The notes below the pieces were generated by a model that did no database searches, was not told the origin of the DNA, and worked only from the letters and a program-made list of their open reading frames with translations. A stretch of 63,574 bases of DNA, the filler included, from Intoshia linei (taxonomy: Eukaryota; Animalia; Orthonectida): assembly GCA_001642005.1 (NCBI GenBank). It is 10 parts of 10 records of this genome, joined end to end, with 100 filler letters (N's around TTAATTAATTAA, not from the genome) between each part and the next. Parts side by side here need not be neighbours in the genome. Positions count along the whole stretch, not along the records: positions 1 to 17,626 come from LWCA01000835.1; positions 17,727 to 23,976 come from LWCA01001700.1; positions 24,077 to 29,523 come from LWCA01001770.1; 7 more parts are not named here. One strand, written 5' to 3'. Position 1 is the first letter of the stretch. The number at the start of each line of letters is the position of its first letter. Position numbers and translations under genes: made by a program. Of this stretch, positions 13,911 to 25,331 are shown one piece after another.

Positions 13911-14541
13911 CACTACAGACCTAAGTTAAAACTGAAATATTAAGATTAATTTTTTACCTACAAACCATATTACAAAAAAATTCAAAATATTCAATTATAA
14001 ATTCTAATTAAAAATACACAATATACATAATGTGTGTTTATATGGTATGATGTTTTGTAGTGAAAAATAAAGTTACGCTGTTAAAAAGTGTTCATTATTG
14101 ATTATTATAATTATTAGTCTCTATTTTGCAATAGTCGCTGTTATTAACGCAGTGAAATTAGTTTTAATTATTACAATCCGAAATTTGAAAATGTTAACTA
14201 CGAAAATGAATTAATTACAACAATAGTCTTTTTATCTCAAGTTTACTTGTGATCATATTAATACAATTGTATTTTCATTGCTATGTAATTATAATTATTT
14301 AAGTTGTGCGTTTTTGTTTGTGCCGTTTATACCTATATTCCCCTAGTGTGCTTGTTCAAATTATATATTATTTTAAATGTTAATATAAATGACATTGTAA
14401 AATATCCAATGGGTATTTAAAATTATACAAAAGGCTACATAAAGTAATAAAATATATGTATACAACATATACATATATGTTGTAAATGGTAGATTATAAT
14501 TTAATAATTGTTAACACTGTAAAATAAGCATTACTCTAGAA

Positions 14542-14874
14542 CAGTGATTCCCAACCTGTGGGTATTTACCAACGAATGGATAATTTGATATTTTTCATGG
14601 GTAATCGCGAAATGTGTTCTAAAAAATAGGAATTCGATTATTTTTTTGCGTCGCATAATATAGCGTAGTAACGTATTAAATATAATTTTACCCATTGAAT
14701 CTTTCGGGTCAAAAACACTTTTGAAAAATTTTTAATTAAAGTTTACTATTAAAAAATTTATATGCCTTATTCTAAAAGCCTGACCATTCAAAATGCAGTA
14801 AAACAATATAGTGGGTATTATTAAAATAAGTACTATAATATGGGTAATGTAATAAAAAAGATTATGAAACACTG
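14542..14874. mobile_element. hAT Charlie/Buster-type MITE with perfect TSD
   Basis: Ends are CAGTGATTCCCAAC and ...ATGAAACACTG. TSD CTCTAGAA is on both sides (14534-14541, 14875-14882) and matches the NTCTAGAN Buster preference. The same left end recurs at 40431. Confidence 0.88.
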
Positions 14875-15206
14875 CTCTAGAATCTAGAGTGTAGATATGA
14901 GCAACGAGATTAATTGTGAAATTGAAAAACATCATACATAATTCTTGCTACATATTACATATTTAAAAAATGACACCTTTACAAACCGTAATATCATTTA
15001 ACATAATATGATTTATACATTTTATATTACAGAATATAATAGAAAACATTATAAAGTCGTTTAAATAAAATTTATATATTTATTGAAATTTATTACAACA
15101 CAACATTTTGATGAAGGCTTTTCTAAAATCTTTATTGAACCTAGATTAATAAATAATTATTAAATTTAACGTATAAATAGAAAATTAAAAATATGTTTAT
15201 CTAGCG

Positions 15207-16565
15207 CAGTGTTTCCCAACCTGGGCGGTTTGACTTTTTTACTGGGCGATGCGAAAATATATAAAAAATATATATTTTTAATTTTATTTTAATTTTCAAC
15301 AAATTAAATTTTCAATTTTATCAAATAAAAAAAATTGAATTAAATTGAACGATAATTAATTTATTAAGAGTTTGACAATATAATTTATCTAACACCAATT
15401 ATCTGTGTAGTAAGTATGTTGCCTTTTATATTTTAACTAGCTTGGCTTGTTTGTACTTTGTACAAACAGCACCTAGCTCTACCGAGGGAGGATATATCTA
15501 ATTTTAGCATTAAAAATTAAATCTATTATGGTTCAAATCACTTTTACGAACCCATTAAAGTAAGGCTACAAAAATGTATTACCGTAGATAATAACTTCAT
15601 ATAATTCTACTTTAAATTTTCCTAAATGTATATCACAATGAATACATTATGATGATTAATCAGGATTGCCAACTGCGTTATTTATCCCCTGAGAATTCGA
15701 GTTTTCAAATTCAACTTAGGGCTCACGGTTAAGTGATATTTCAATATCAATATCATATTTCAATTTTTGATTTTAATCGAAATATTTGAAAAATATTGGT
15801 TGATAATATATAAAAGTAGTTTCACCGGGAATGTGTATATTTCTGGGGTTGAAATTTTGTATTTATATCACCTGGAATAAGCTCTATCAGAATAATTTGT
15901 TTTTTTAATTTTCGGACTGTTAATTATTTCACATTTTTTGTTTTAATAAAATATTTCGGAAAAAAAATAGATGAATACTAAAATGCTTTTTTGACCGTGA
16001 AGTCGTCACTTATTCGGATTGAAATTTTTTGAAATGCTAGGGCTGTTTTCAAAAAAGAAAGGAAGGGTAATTTGGGGTTTTGGTCGTAAAGATATAATTT
16101 TTTTAAATTTAAATTTATGATAATGTTTATGATAATTTTTATGATGTTAAAATCCATATCAGCGTATAAATTTTTTTAAATGATTCGACTCGTTTGATTT
16201 TCAAAAAAAGGGAAAACTGGGGTTTTTGATTCGTAAGATGTGAAATTGGGAGGTTGGAATTTATCTTAATATACGTATCGGAAAAAACTGTAATTAAAAT
16301 GTAATCTTTAAATTATTCTAAGACGAATAATTATTTAAATAAAGCGTAACACACAGAGAGAAACATACAAACAAAAATAGCGTAGCATATTATATAAGTT
16401 AGGACAAAATATTTACATGCAATTTAATTTTTTTTTATTTGATAAAATTGAAAATTTAATTTGTTGAAAAAAATTATATATTTTTTTTTATATATCTTCG
16501 CATCACCCAGTAAAAAAGTCAAATCGCCCACTAGTGGGCGATATCGCCCAGGTTGGGAAACACTG
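15207..16565. mobile_element. hAT-type foldback element with ~140-bp inverted arms
   Basis: CAGTGTTTCCCAACCTGGGCG at 15207 pairs with CGCCCAGGTTGGGAAACACTG ending at 16565. Inverted similarity extends about 140 bp inward. The flanks are not a clean TSD. Confidence 0.75.
15437..16404 (-). mobile_element. Non-autonomous Helitron-like element (near full-length copy)
   Basis: The minus-strand 3' end is CTAG|T at 15437-15440, preceded by a perfect 9-bp hairpin TGTTTGTAC-TTT-GTACAAACA (15448-15468). The 5' end is TCCTAACTTATATAATATGC near 16403, followed by a microsatellite-like tract. The body is repeated many times in the window. Confidence 0.72.
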
Positions 16566-16763
16566 ATATAGATAATTAAAAATTCATATTACATTTTAAG
16601 TTTAGATAATTCTGTTGAAATCAGAATTGGTATTTTTAATACATTATTTTATACTAAATAATGATGAAATTTTATTTTAAATTTAACTGAGTCTAAATAT
16701 TAATATTCCCTGATCCGAGTATGTTGTGCTACGTACAAAAAACATCTATTTGTATGTATACAG

Positions 16764-16995
16764 CAGGGTTCTCAACTTTTTTTGAGAAGGGCCAGATTTA
16801 TCAATATAAAATAATTTAGAACCATCGCGAACAACAATTTTTATTTAATTGATAGAAAATTTATAAAAGAGTAGTTGATAATTAATGAGAATTGATTTTT
16901 GGGGGTTAATAATTGAAATATTGGTAAATTCAAATTATTAAAAATATTCGGCGGACCACAAAAAATATAAAAAGGGCCATATTTGAGAATCACTG
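16764..16995. mobile_element. hAT MITE
   Basis: Ends are CAGGGTTCTCAAC and TTTGAGAATCACTG. Flanks GTATACAG / ATATACAG give a 7/8 TSD match. Confidence 0.75.
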
Positions 16996-17000
16996 ATATA

Positions 17001-17536
17001 CAGTAATCGATGACGGAATAATAATTTATACAATAACAATAAAAAAGATATAATTTATTCATATTTACATTTAAACTACAATTTTTGTATATAATTTTGT
17101 TTTTTCAAGTAACAATTTTTTATAATCTATTAAACATTTTAATTTACAATCCATATCAAATTTACTGGATGACTAAATCAAGGATTCCACTTTTTCTATT
17201 GCTAGATCAAAATCTTCGATTTTTTAAAATTTTTGTGTGATCGTAGTTCATTTTCATAATATTGTCCCTATTTTTGAATATAGACACAATAGTTGATCTA
17301 GCCTTATCAAATTTTGCAGCCATTTGACCATAAGTTTTTCCTGATTCCACCTCATCAATTATTTTGGTTTTATCAAAAAAATCTAGACTTTCTCTTAATT
17401 TTCATTATCGTTAGTTTTCAAATGTGGCGCCAAATTACCTTTATTTATTCATTGTAATTTAAAGTTGTCTTAGTTATAACAAAAATAGCACAAAATTATT
17501 GTGCAATTTGCTGTATGTATAATCGAGATTCCACTG
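17001..17536 (-). mobile_element. pogo/Tigger-like internally deleted element
   Basis: The TIR reads TA-CAGTGGAATCTCGATT on the minus strand from 17536. The minus-strand peptide KIDEVESGKTYGQMAAKFDKARSTIVSIFKNRDNI resembles the CENP-B/psq HTH. Confidence 0.65.
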
Positions 17537-17626
17537 TACAAGGAAATAATTTGACACTGATATACTGCAACGAAATTATCTCAGTGTTTATTAAAAAATT
17601 AGAAATCTTTAGTTATAATTTAGCAA

Positions 17627-17726
17627 NNNNNNNNNNNNNNNNNNNNNNNNNNNNNNNNNNNNNNNNNNNNTTAATTAATTAANNNNNNNNNNNNNNNNNN
17701 NNNNNNNNNNNNNNNNNNNNNNNNNN
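17627..17726. other. Scaffold gap with artificial six-frame-stop linker (first of nine)
   Basis: 44 N + TTAATTAATTAA + 44 N. Identical gaps start at 23977, 29524, 35579, 47659, 52450, 57317, 58709 and 62060. Confidence 0.97.
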
Positions 17727-18424
17727 GCGGGCCGGATTGTTATATAAAATAGATGGGTGGGCCGGACAAATAAATTTTAAAAAGTTTTAATTTGAATATA
17801 TTTATTTTAAATTTTTATTATACAAAATAAAATTTACATTTTTAATGACAAATGTCTTCATTATTTAAATGTTCTTGCATTAAATTTACAATTCCTTTTT
17901 TTGAGCCTATCATAGATGGAGCACCATCCGTAGTAAGCCCAACAAATTTACGTATGTTAAGATTTGCTTTTGAGATCATTTTCATTATTAGGGGGAAAAT
18001 AATGCAGTTAGCAACCCTATTCGTGAACAAAATAGCCTGTTTTTTAAACCATTTTTTAATTTATATAATTCGTCTAATCTCAAATTTCCATGAATTTTTT
18101 GAAATGTCGATTTATGTTTGCTTTCATAATAAAGCTTGATGTTATTTACTTTATTAACAGCAACATTTTCTTGGCAGATTACACAAACAGGTTTGTTGTA
18201 GTGTTCCATGAAATAATATTCTAATTCCCATAATTTTTGGAAAATTTTGCATTCAGAATCCAAATGTAATGTAAATTGTAATGTAAATTTTTAATCTCTT
18301 AATGTTAATTTTAATGTACAATTTAGAATTTTAAATTAAAAAATAATTTTTATAATAAAAATTATTTCCAGCCGGATCTAAACACCTCGCGGACCGGATC
18401 TGGCCCGTATGTTGCTCATCCCTG
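17727..18424 (-). mobile_element. SPIN/GTF2IRD2-like hAT remnant
   Basis: Peptides FQKLWELEYYF...KPVCVICQENVAVNKVNNIK..YESKH and VGLTTDGAPSMIG. TIR CAGGGATGAGCAAC on the minus strand at 18424. Confidence 0.85.
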
Positions 18425-18711
18425 GTATATAGTTTTGAATTTTATATTTTTTTCAAAAACTGAAAAGACATCAATTTCATTGAATCAATTGTGGTGATGG
18501 TTGTATTCAGAGTATATAAAGCCAAAAAATACATTTTTTTACATGTTAATAATTTTATCATGGTCTTTTGGTAACATTATTGGTTATTTATTTTAATTTA
18601 GAAAGAAATTATTATTTCTTTACTTGCGCATATTAAAGAAATATTTTGTTTCTTTTGGTTTAATTTTTATCAGGGCCTGCAGATTAATATTTTAATATAA
18701 AACAAATTAAT

Positions 18712-20505
18712 ATGCAGATGTAGTTCACAATTAAAATATTATAATTACTCTAATAATATTTTTGTATAGAAAATTAATTCTAATGACAACAAAGATTTAA
18801 GTGATGACGATTTTTTAACAATTGAATCTACTAGTTCAGTTGAAGAACCTGAACCACCTTTCGGTAATTACTTTTTATATGGTGCCGTCAGTAAAGTAAG
18901 TTGGTTTTTAGTGTTATCAGACGATTTATATGAGTTTTATTGTATACAAAGTACAATGTATATATCAGATATATTATATCTACGAAAATATATAGAATTT
19001 CACCATATTTTTTCTATGGAATACTATTATTTAATTTTTAATGGTCATTACGTTTATGTCTAACGTTCAAAAACACATGATATGGTTTTTGGTAATACAT
19101 TTTCGAAATATCAAGAATAAGTTTTAATTTAATTTTAAAAGTTTACAACTGATTAACTTAAATTTTAATTAATGGAAAAATGTTAGATTTTTCTGCTAGT
19201 AAAGGGATGGGAAATGTAGTTGCAATCTTCAATATTTAATTACATTATTAATTCCTATTTAAAACAAAAATTTAGATTTAAAAACATTATGGACAGATGT
19301 AAGGTAGTAATATTTCAATTTATTTTGAATAGATTAGATATACTTCGAAAATTATGCCTGTGAATGACCATGAAGTAATTTTTTAATGTATTTAGATTTT
19401 AATCAAAAACATTCGTATATTAAATTCTCAGAATTACTTACCATGTATATAAGCTATAGCATGGTCACCAAACTACGGACAATCATTTTAAAAAAATAAT
19501 ATTCCTTATAATTAATTTGAATTAAATTATGGAAATACTGATATAATGTTTATAAATATTAATATTTACCATATATTTTTTAATATTAGCTAAATAATTA
19601 AAAACTTGTTATAAGGTCGAGTAGTGGTACGCGAGTCTGCATTTGGGAACCTTTCATATAACTGTAACATCAGTGAAATAAATTTAAAATTTTAATAAGC
19701 AACATTTTTTGTTATTATTTGACTAGATTTTTATTTCTGGTTTATCCAGGTGAGTCAAAACGTTTGATATTCTCCATACAAAGGAATAGAAAATATTACA
19801 TTTAATTTTAGCTCACACCTAAAGTTTGGGTACAATCAATAGAAGATAAACAATATCTTACTTTGGCTGAAATGACTTTACCTACCCAATTAAAAATAGT
19901 CAAACGTGCTAATATGAAATATAATGGTAATATTCAATCCCATTCTTAAATAAACTATAAATAAAAAAATAGCCAATGATTAAAATTGGCTGTAGAGTAT
20001 ATACCATTTTCCCTATGATGAAATTTTATTAATTATGAAAAAGAGTCATGAAAATATTTTAGTACATACCGTTATAACATTAATCACTCTTGATGTGCGA
20101 TGTAGACTAGGTCCATTTATATCGCGAACAATTAAACACCTGAAAAATCTATCCACTCGAGAAATAAACAACATATATGCCGATTTCTTAAACAACAAAT
20201 GTTATCCAGTAAAATGAATGTAATTATAATAATCCTATGATAGGTAAAAACCGAATATGAAATAAAACTTGTGTATATGAATCCAGATGTGTGTAACTGG
20301 GTGTGTTTTCTTCATTTTAGTAACAGCAAACTAGCCAATTGTGAAATTATAACGCTTAACCACCAATTATATATTGTAACTTCCCGTGTCATCAAATGCT
20401 ATGAAGAGTTGGTGGTATCAACAGAAAATGTATAATTTAAAAAAAATTTAGATAAAACCTTCAATTGAATACGAGCAATTTATAAAGAAAACATTTTCAA
20501 AATAA
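18712..20505 (+). CDS. Divergent PR/SET-domain (PRDM-like) protein without zinc fingers (multi-exon; 5' exons tentative)
   Basis: Spliced 3' exons read LAEMTLPTQLKIVK...VHTVITLITLDVRCRLGPF...PDVCNWVCFLHFSNSKLANCEIITLNHQLYIVTSRVIKCYEELV IKPSIEYEQFIKKTFSK*. These match the PR-domain motifs AxxSLP, FGPF, SNWMRYV, NL..IY.T.R.I..GEELLV in order. Confidence 0.62.
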
Positions 20506-20581
20506 ATCATTGTAACATTTTTTAAATATATTCCACTTAATAATATATAATTTTATCAAAAAATATAAAACAAAAATTTGA

Positions 20582-22102
20582 TTAAATGTTATCTTGTAGA
20601 TGGTTTATTTGTATTCCTATTGAAAGATCTATTGCGTCTCCCTTTTGAGACTAAATATATTTAGATTAATTTTAAAAATTTTAAATTATTTACGGCTTTG
20701 TAGTCTAGAATCATATCCTTAAATGCCATAAAATCAGAGAATGTTGATAATATTTCAAAAATTTCACCTTCTAAACTTTCCGATCGTTGTCTAATATAAA
20801 AGTGAAATAATATAACAGTGGAAATATAGTTGCAACACAAAAATAATTAAAATCACATCAAAATAAAATAAAAAAATCTTTTACAATCTTTAAAGTTAAA
20901 AAAGTAAAAGGAGCATGGTGTTTGATTTTAACTTTTGATTTGTTAAATTATTTTGTAAATATTACGATAGTTCTTCGAAAAAGTCTTTAATTTCAAAATT
21001 TTCAATTCTACTTCGCAGCATTCTTTCTATGTATTTTTCAATAATGTCTATCTTTTTAACCATTATCATAATAAAATAAAATAAACTGTGGAAAATCAAA
21101 GTTTAACTAAATTATACACAAAGAACAAAAATAATTGGATAACATAATAAAAATTTCCTTAGCCACAATTTTCTAAATTACATATTCGTTGTGTATTTGG
21201 GTATAAACTAGTCTATTTTCTTCATCATCATCAAATTCGTTACAATATTTATCCATAAATTCATCTATCATAGTACTAAATGTACCATCTACAATAATAA
21301 TATATTAATTATTAAAAATATTTCATGGTAATAATAAAAATACACAATAAAGTAGTTTACATCAAGACTTTGCAATCTTGGCTTTTTAAAATTTTATTTT
21401 ATTGAATGGTTTTATGTGAACCAATTGTTTTGTTAAAATTAATTTAAAAAAATAATAATTCCAAGAATTGTTTTACAGTTAATACAAACAAAATTTCAAT
21501 CTCAAATTTGACCTTCCTCATCAAAAACGCATATTACTATTTATCACTACATTGTAGTTTAATTTTAATATACCCAATGTACAATTTTATATAAAGAATA
21601 CGTATGATACACTTTGACAATATTATAGTTTCATAATCCATAAATACTAGGTCATTTCAAAAAACAATTAAATGAGTGAATTACGAAGAAAAAAAGTTAA
21701 GTTAATGTTGAAGAAAACTTAATAATACTAGTGGGTGAGAAAAATTTTGAGTCAAAAATTGGGCGCTAATATAAAAGGTTGGGAACCTGTATATAAACTT
21801 TACGCCTTAGCCTTTAAAATAACGTTTTTAATTGTTACATTAATCTATCTTAAATAGTATTTTCGTATCACTCAGTTGAATGGTTAAAAAATTGTCAATT
21901 ATTGATTTTAAATGAAGTATCATAATTGAAATAGGCTGAATACGTCAATCGAAGTTTGTTCTTTTCCTATAACCAAGATTTAAGAGATAAATAATATGCA
22001 TTGAATATAACCTTTACTAAATATTTTATACAAATACCCATTATAATATCTTCAATATATCCTATAATGCTATCAAATCTAGTGTCTCTTTCGTTTGAAC
22101 TG
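20582..22102 (-). CDS. ARL2BP: ADP-ribosylation factor-like 2 binding protein (BART); first exon unresolved
   Basis: Exons: SSNERDTRFDSIIGYIEDIIM|DGTF...FMDKYCNEFDDDEENRLVYTQIHNEY|IDIIEKYIE...|LEGEIFEILSTFSDFMAFKDMILDYKA|SQKGDAIDLSIGIQINHLQDNI*. Confidence 0.92.
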
Positions 22103-22296
22103 CTAAAAATTATATTAGACATTATAATGCAATTATTGTCAATCTGATGTGGCGTACAGCTTAGATATTTGAAAATTTGCGGTTCATTTGAAATTATACA
22201 ACACTCAAAAAACGTCTCATTAAATTAAAATATTGCATGTTTTCTTATATTTTGTAGTTTAACCCTTTCACTGTCTGTGTATTTTATGATATACAC

Positions 22297-23740
22297 CAGG
22301 GCTCGACAACTTGATTTTTTAAAGATCGACTTTATATTTTTTAAATAAACTAGTGGTCGACTATACTGAAATTTAATAAGTAATAGGACATTATAATATA
22401 AATTAAAAAATGGTAAAATTTTATTATATAAATTAAATAGACTTCATAGTTAAAAAAAATCAAAATGTTTCGTTGCATTACTAAAATATTTATATTAGTT
22501 AATAAATAGTTGGAATATTTACTTTTAATCATTAATAAGATGGTTATATTTTTTTGTCATTTACTAGTTTATTAAAATTAGGAGTGTAATTTGACAAGGA
22601 TAATTTCATTAAATTTTCCAAGTTTTTATCAGTAAGGGACGACCGATTTTTCGATTTTATTCAGTTCATTACAGAAAACACTGATTCGCATGTATATGAG
22701 TATGTCGAACCGAAACATGATTGAACACATCTTAATTATATTATATTTCTCTTTGGATACATATTTCCAGAAATCGATATCCATAGAATGAGCCCTTAAG
22801 AATATATCGGATTTCAATGATAAAATTTGCAATTCTGTTGCATCGCAATTAAAATCAAATAACTGATTTATTTTTTTTGAAATATAACTTGTATTTAAGT
22901 CAGATTTGAAAGGATTAATTAAATATTCTAATATGCTTTTTATTTTCTGAAAATCACTGAATCTTTTGTTGAAATCTTGTTGAAAAATTTTTATTTCAGT
23001 AATAAATTTATCACAGTTAATATTAACATCAGGGTTATTTTTAAAAAAATTGGTGATATTAAGAAAATATTTAATTTTTTTTTGATTGAGATCATTAATT
23101 ATTAAAGGAATTGTGTTTTAAAAGAATCAATACTACTTATATCTGTTAACGTTTTATTTTTCCCTTGTAAACATAGATTCAACATAGTCAATCTTCCCGT
23201 AAAATCAGCTAAAAACGATAATTCACATAGCCATTGTTTATCATAAAGTTCTGCATAAGTATCATTCCGATTCCAAAGAAATATTTTAATATTGTCTAAT
23301 AAAATTATAAATCTTTCCAAAAATACACTTCTGCTAAGGTTTAGCCATCTTACGTTTGTGTGTAAAACTAACTCACGGTTTTCTTCAGATTGACTTTTGA
23401 AAAGACGCCTTTGAAGTGCTTTAGCCCTGATGGAATTAGCAATTTTAAAAGTAATATTCATAATTATATTGGTATTTAACCTTCTACTACCAACCATAGA
23501 TTTTGCACCATCTGTCGTAATGGATACAAGTTTATGGATAGGAATATTTTTTGTTGACAGAACGTTTTAAAGGAGTTATATAAATCAATGCCTCTTGTTC
23601 TTTAATTTAGGCTTATCATTCCAATCATCAAATACCATACGAATGAAAATTAACACTTGTGATGTGTCTTTAATGTCAATTGATTCATCAAATTGTAGAG
23701 AAAAGCCGACACATGTTTGAACATCTTTATATTTCCTTCG
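22297..23740 (-). mobile_element. SPIN/GTF2IRD2-like hAT transposase remnant
   Basis: TIR CAGGGCTCGACAAC at 22297. Fragments FSLQFDESID, VSITTDGAKSMVG, NSIRAKALQRRLF, LHTNVRWL and WLCELSFLADFT..LNLCLQGK are broken by frameshifts and stops. Confidence 0.88.
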
Positions 23741-24339
23741 TGTTTTTTTTTGTTTTATCAGTTTATATCTTATTAAGGCAATATTATATGAAATATTTAT
23801 AGATTATTTTTTATTTATCATGTCTAATTTGGTTTTGGCCGTTAATGGGTTAATTGAAATACAGGCAATTTAAAAATGATAATGAATTTATTAAAATAAA
23901 ACAGTCGTGCAAAATAAACTGACATGTAAATTAAAATTTACATAAATTATAATAAAATGTTGAAATTGTGACCATCNNNNNNNNNNNNNNNNNNNNNNNN
24001 NNNNNNNNNNNNNNNNNNNNTTAATTAATTAANNNNNNNNNNNNNNNNNNNNNNNNNNNNNNNNNNNNNNNNNNNNCTTATAAGAGTAACATTCACCACT
24101 GATAATCATATCTCGAGGAGGGTATGATTAGGGGTTTTCCGGGAAATTCTGAGTAGTTGAATTTTGGTGGCGAAGAAGCTTTCCAAGTATAAATAAAATA
24201 GAATTTTTTTTGAATTTATTAAAATTTTTTTTTTAATTTAAAGTTGTTATTTGTAATTAATTAACATTTGGAAGAATTATATTGATGCATACATACGACA
24301 TTGGACAGATTAATCATCAATGGTTTACTAAATAGAATA

Positions 24340-24560
24340 TAATATAAAGACAATTTTTTAAATTGTTGATTTGTCGATTAGATTGATTTGATATTTCAAG
24401 AGTTATGAAAGTACCATTAATGATTGACCTCATTATCAAGGATACTTCTCTATCTGTTATCTTAATTGACCTACCTGATATTGGCTTTGTAACGTACTGT
24501 ATATAAATTTTCCACCACTTTTTTATTATTGATGATACGATGGGTCTCGGATAAAATTTG
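24340..24560 (-). pseudogene. Tc1-like transposase N-terminal remnant
   Basis: The minus-strand peptide VSSIIKKWW...KPISGRSIKITDREVSLIMRSI resembles the paired-like HTH plus GRPR linker of Tc1 transposases. Confidence 0.5.
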
Positions 24561-25331
24561 GAAGGAATGAATTATATAGATTTTCACTTATATTTCTTTA
24601 TTGGAAATGTGTAGACATTCAATTGTGTGAATTGTGTGGTCTGGATCCTTCTTTATTGTGTGAGGGAGGCAACTGGTTTTACCAGCTAAATTTCGTGTGT
24701 TATTAATTTTTTTATCAAATTAAAAATCAAATTGTTTTATATATGCGACATGCGAAAAAAAATTTTTGATTATACTTTTAGGTGCTGCGATTTTTTGAAA
24801 TTTCATAAGGGTTCCGCGCAGTAAAAAGGTTGAGAAACACTGCTTTATGATTATTTTTTTTGACGAATAATTTTCCCTAAGCACTTAAATAATGTTAGAT
24901 GAAACAATTTTATAATTGTGATGATATATAAATATTGATTTTAATATCTTTCAAGATAATTTTTTCAGACATTTGAATTAAATGATTTTATACTGTAATA
25001 TTATTGTCAAATTTAAATGTACACATTTTCTCAAATTAAATTAGTAACATTAACAAATTATTACTACAATGTTAAGTTTAAAGAAATTTTGTCTATATAA
25101 ATCTTTTTAACAGGATGAATTGACATAATAACTAAAAATAGATTTGAATTTTCTGTATAATATGGTACATGTATTGTGAAATTGTTTGCTACTATTAACT
25201 CATATAATATAATGTAAATTAAAAATGTAAACTTCTCTGTAAAAAAATTATAATGTTATTGAGAATCTTCAATCAACATACTTTTTACGATAAAGCGATA
25301 ATATACTTTTGAAGTGAATGTTTTTATTTAG

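Noticed and set aside
17671-17682. TTAATTAATTAA palindrome recurring nine times
   Set aside because: Always centred in a 100-bp N run and gives stops in all six frames. It is an assembly linker, not biology.
20430-20451. Putative 22-nt intron in the PR/SET gene
   Set aside because: An upstream donor at 20415 gives an in-frame 37-nt intron that better fits the local size mode and the PR motif.
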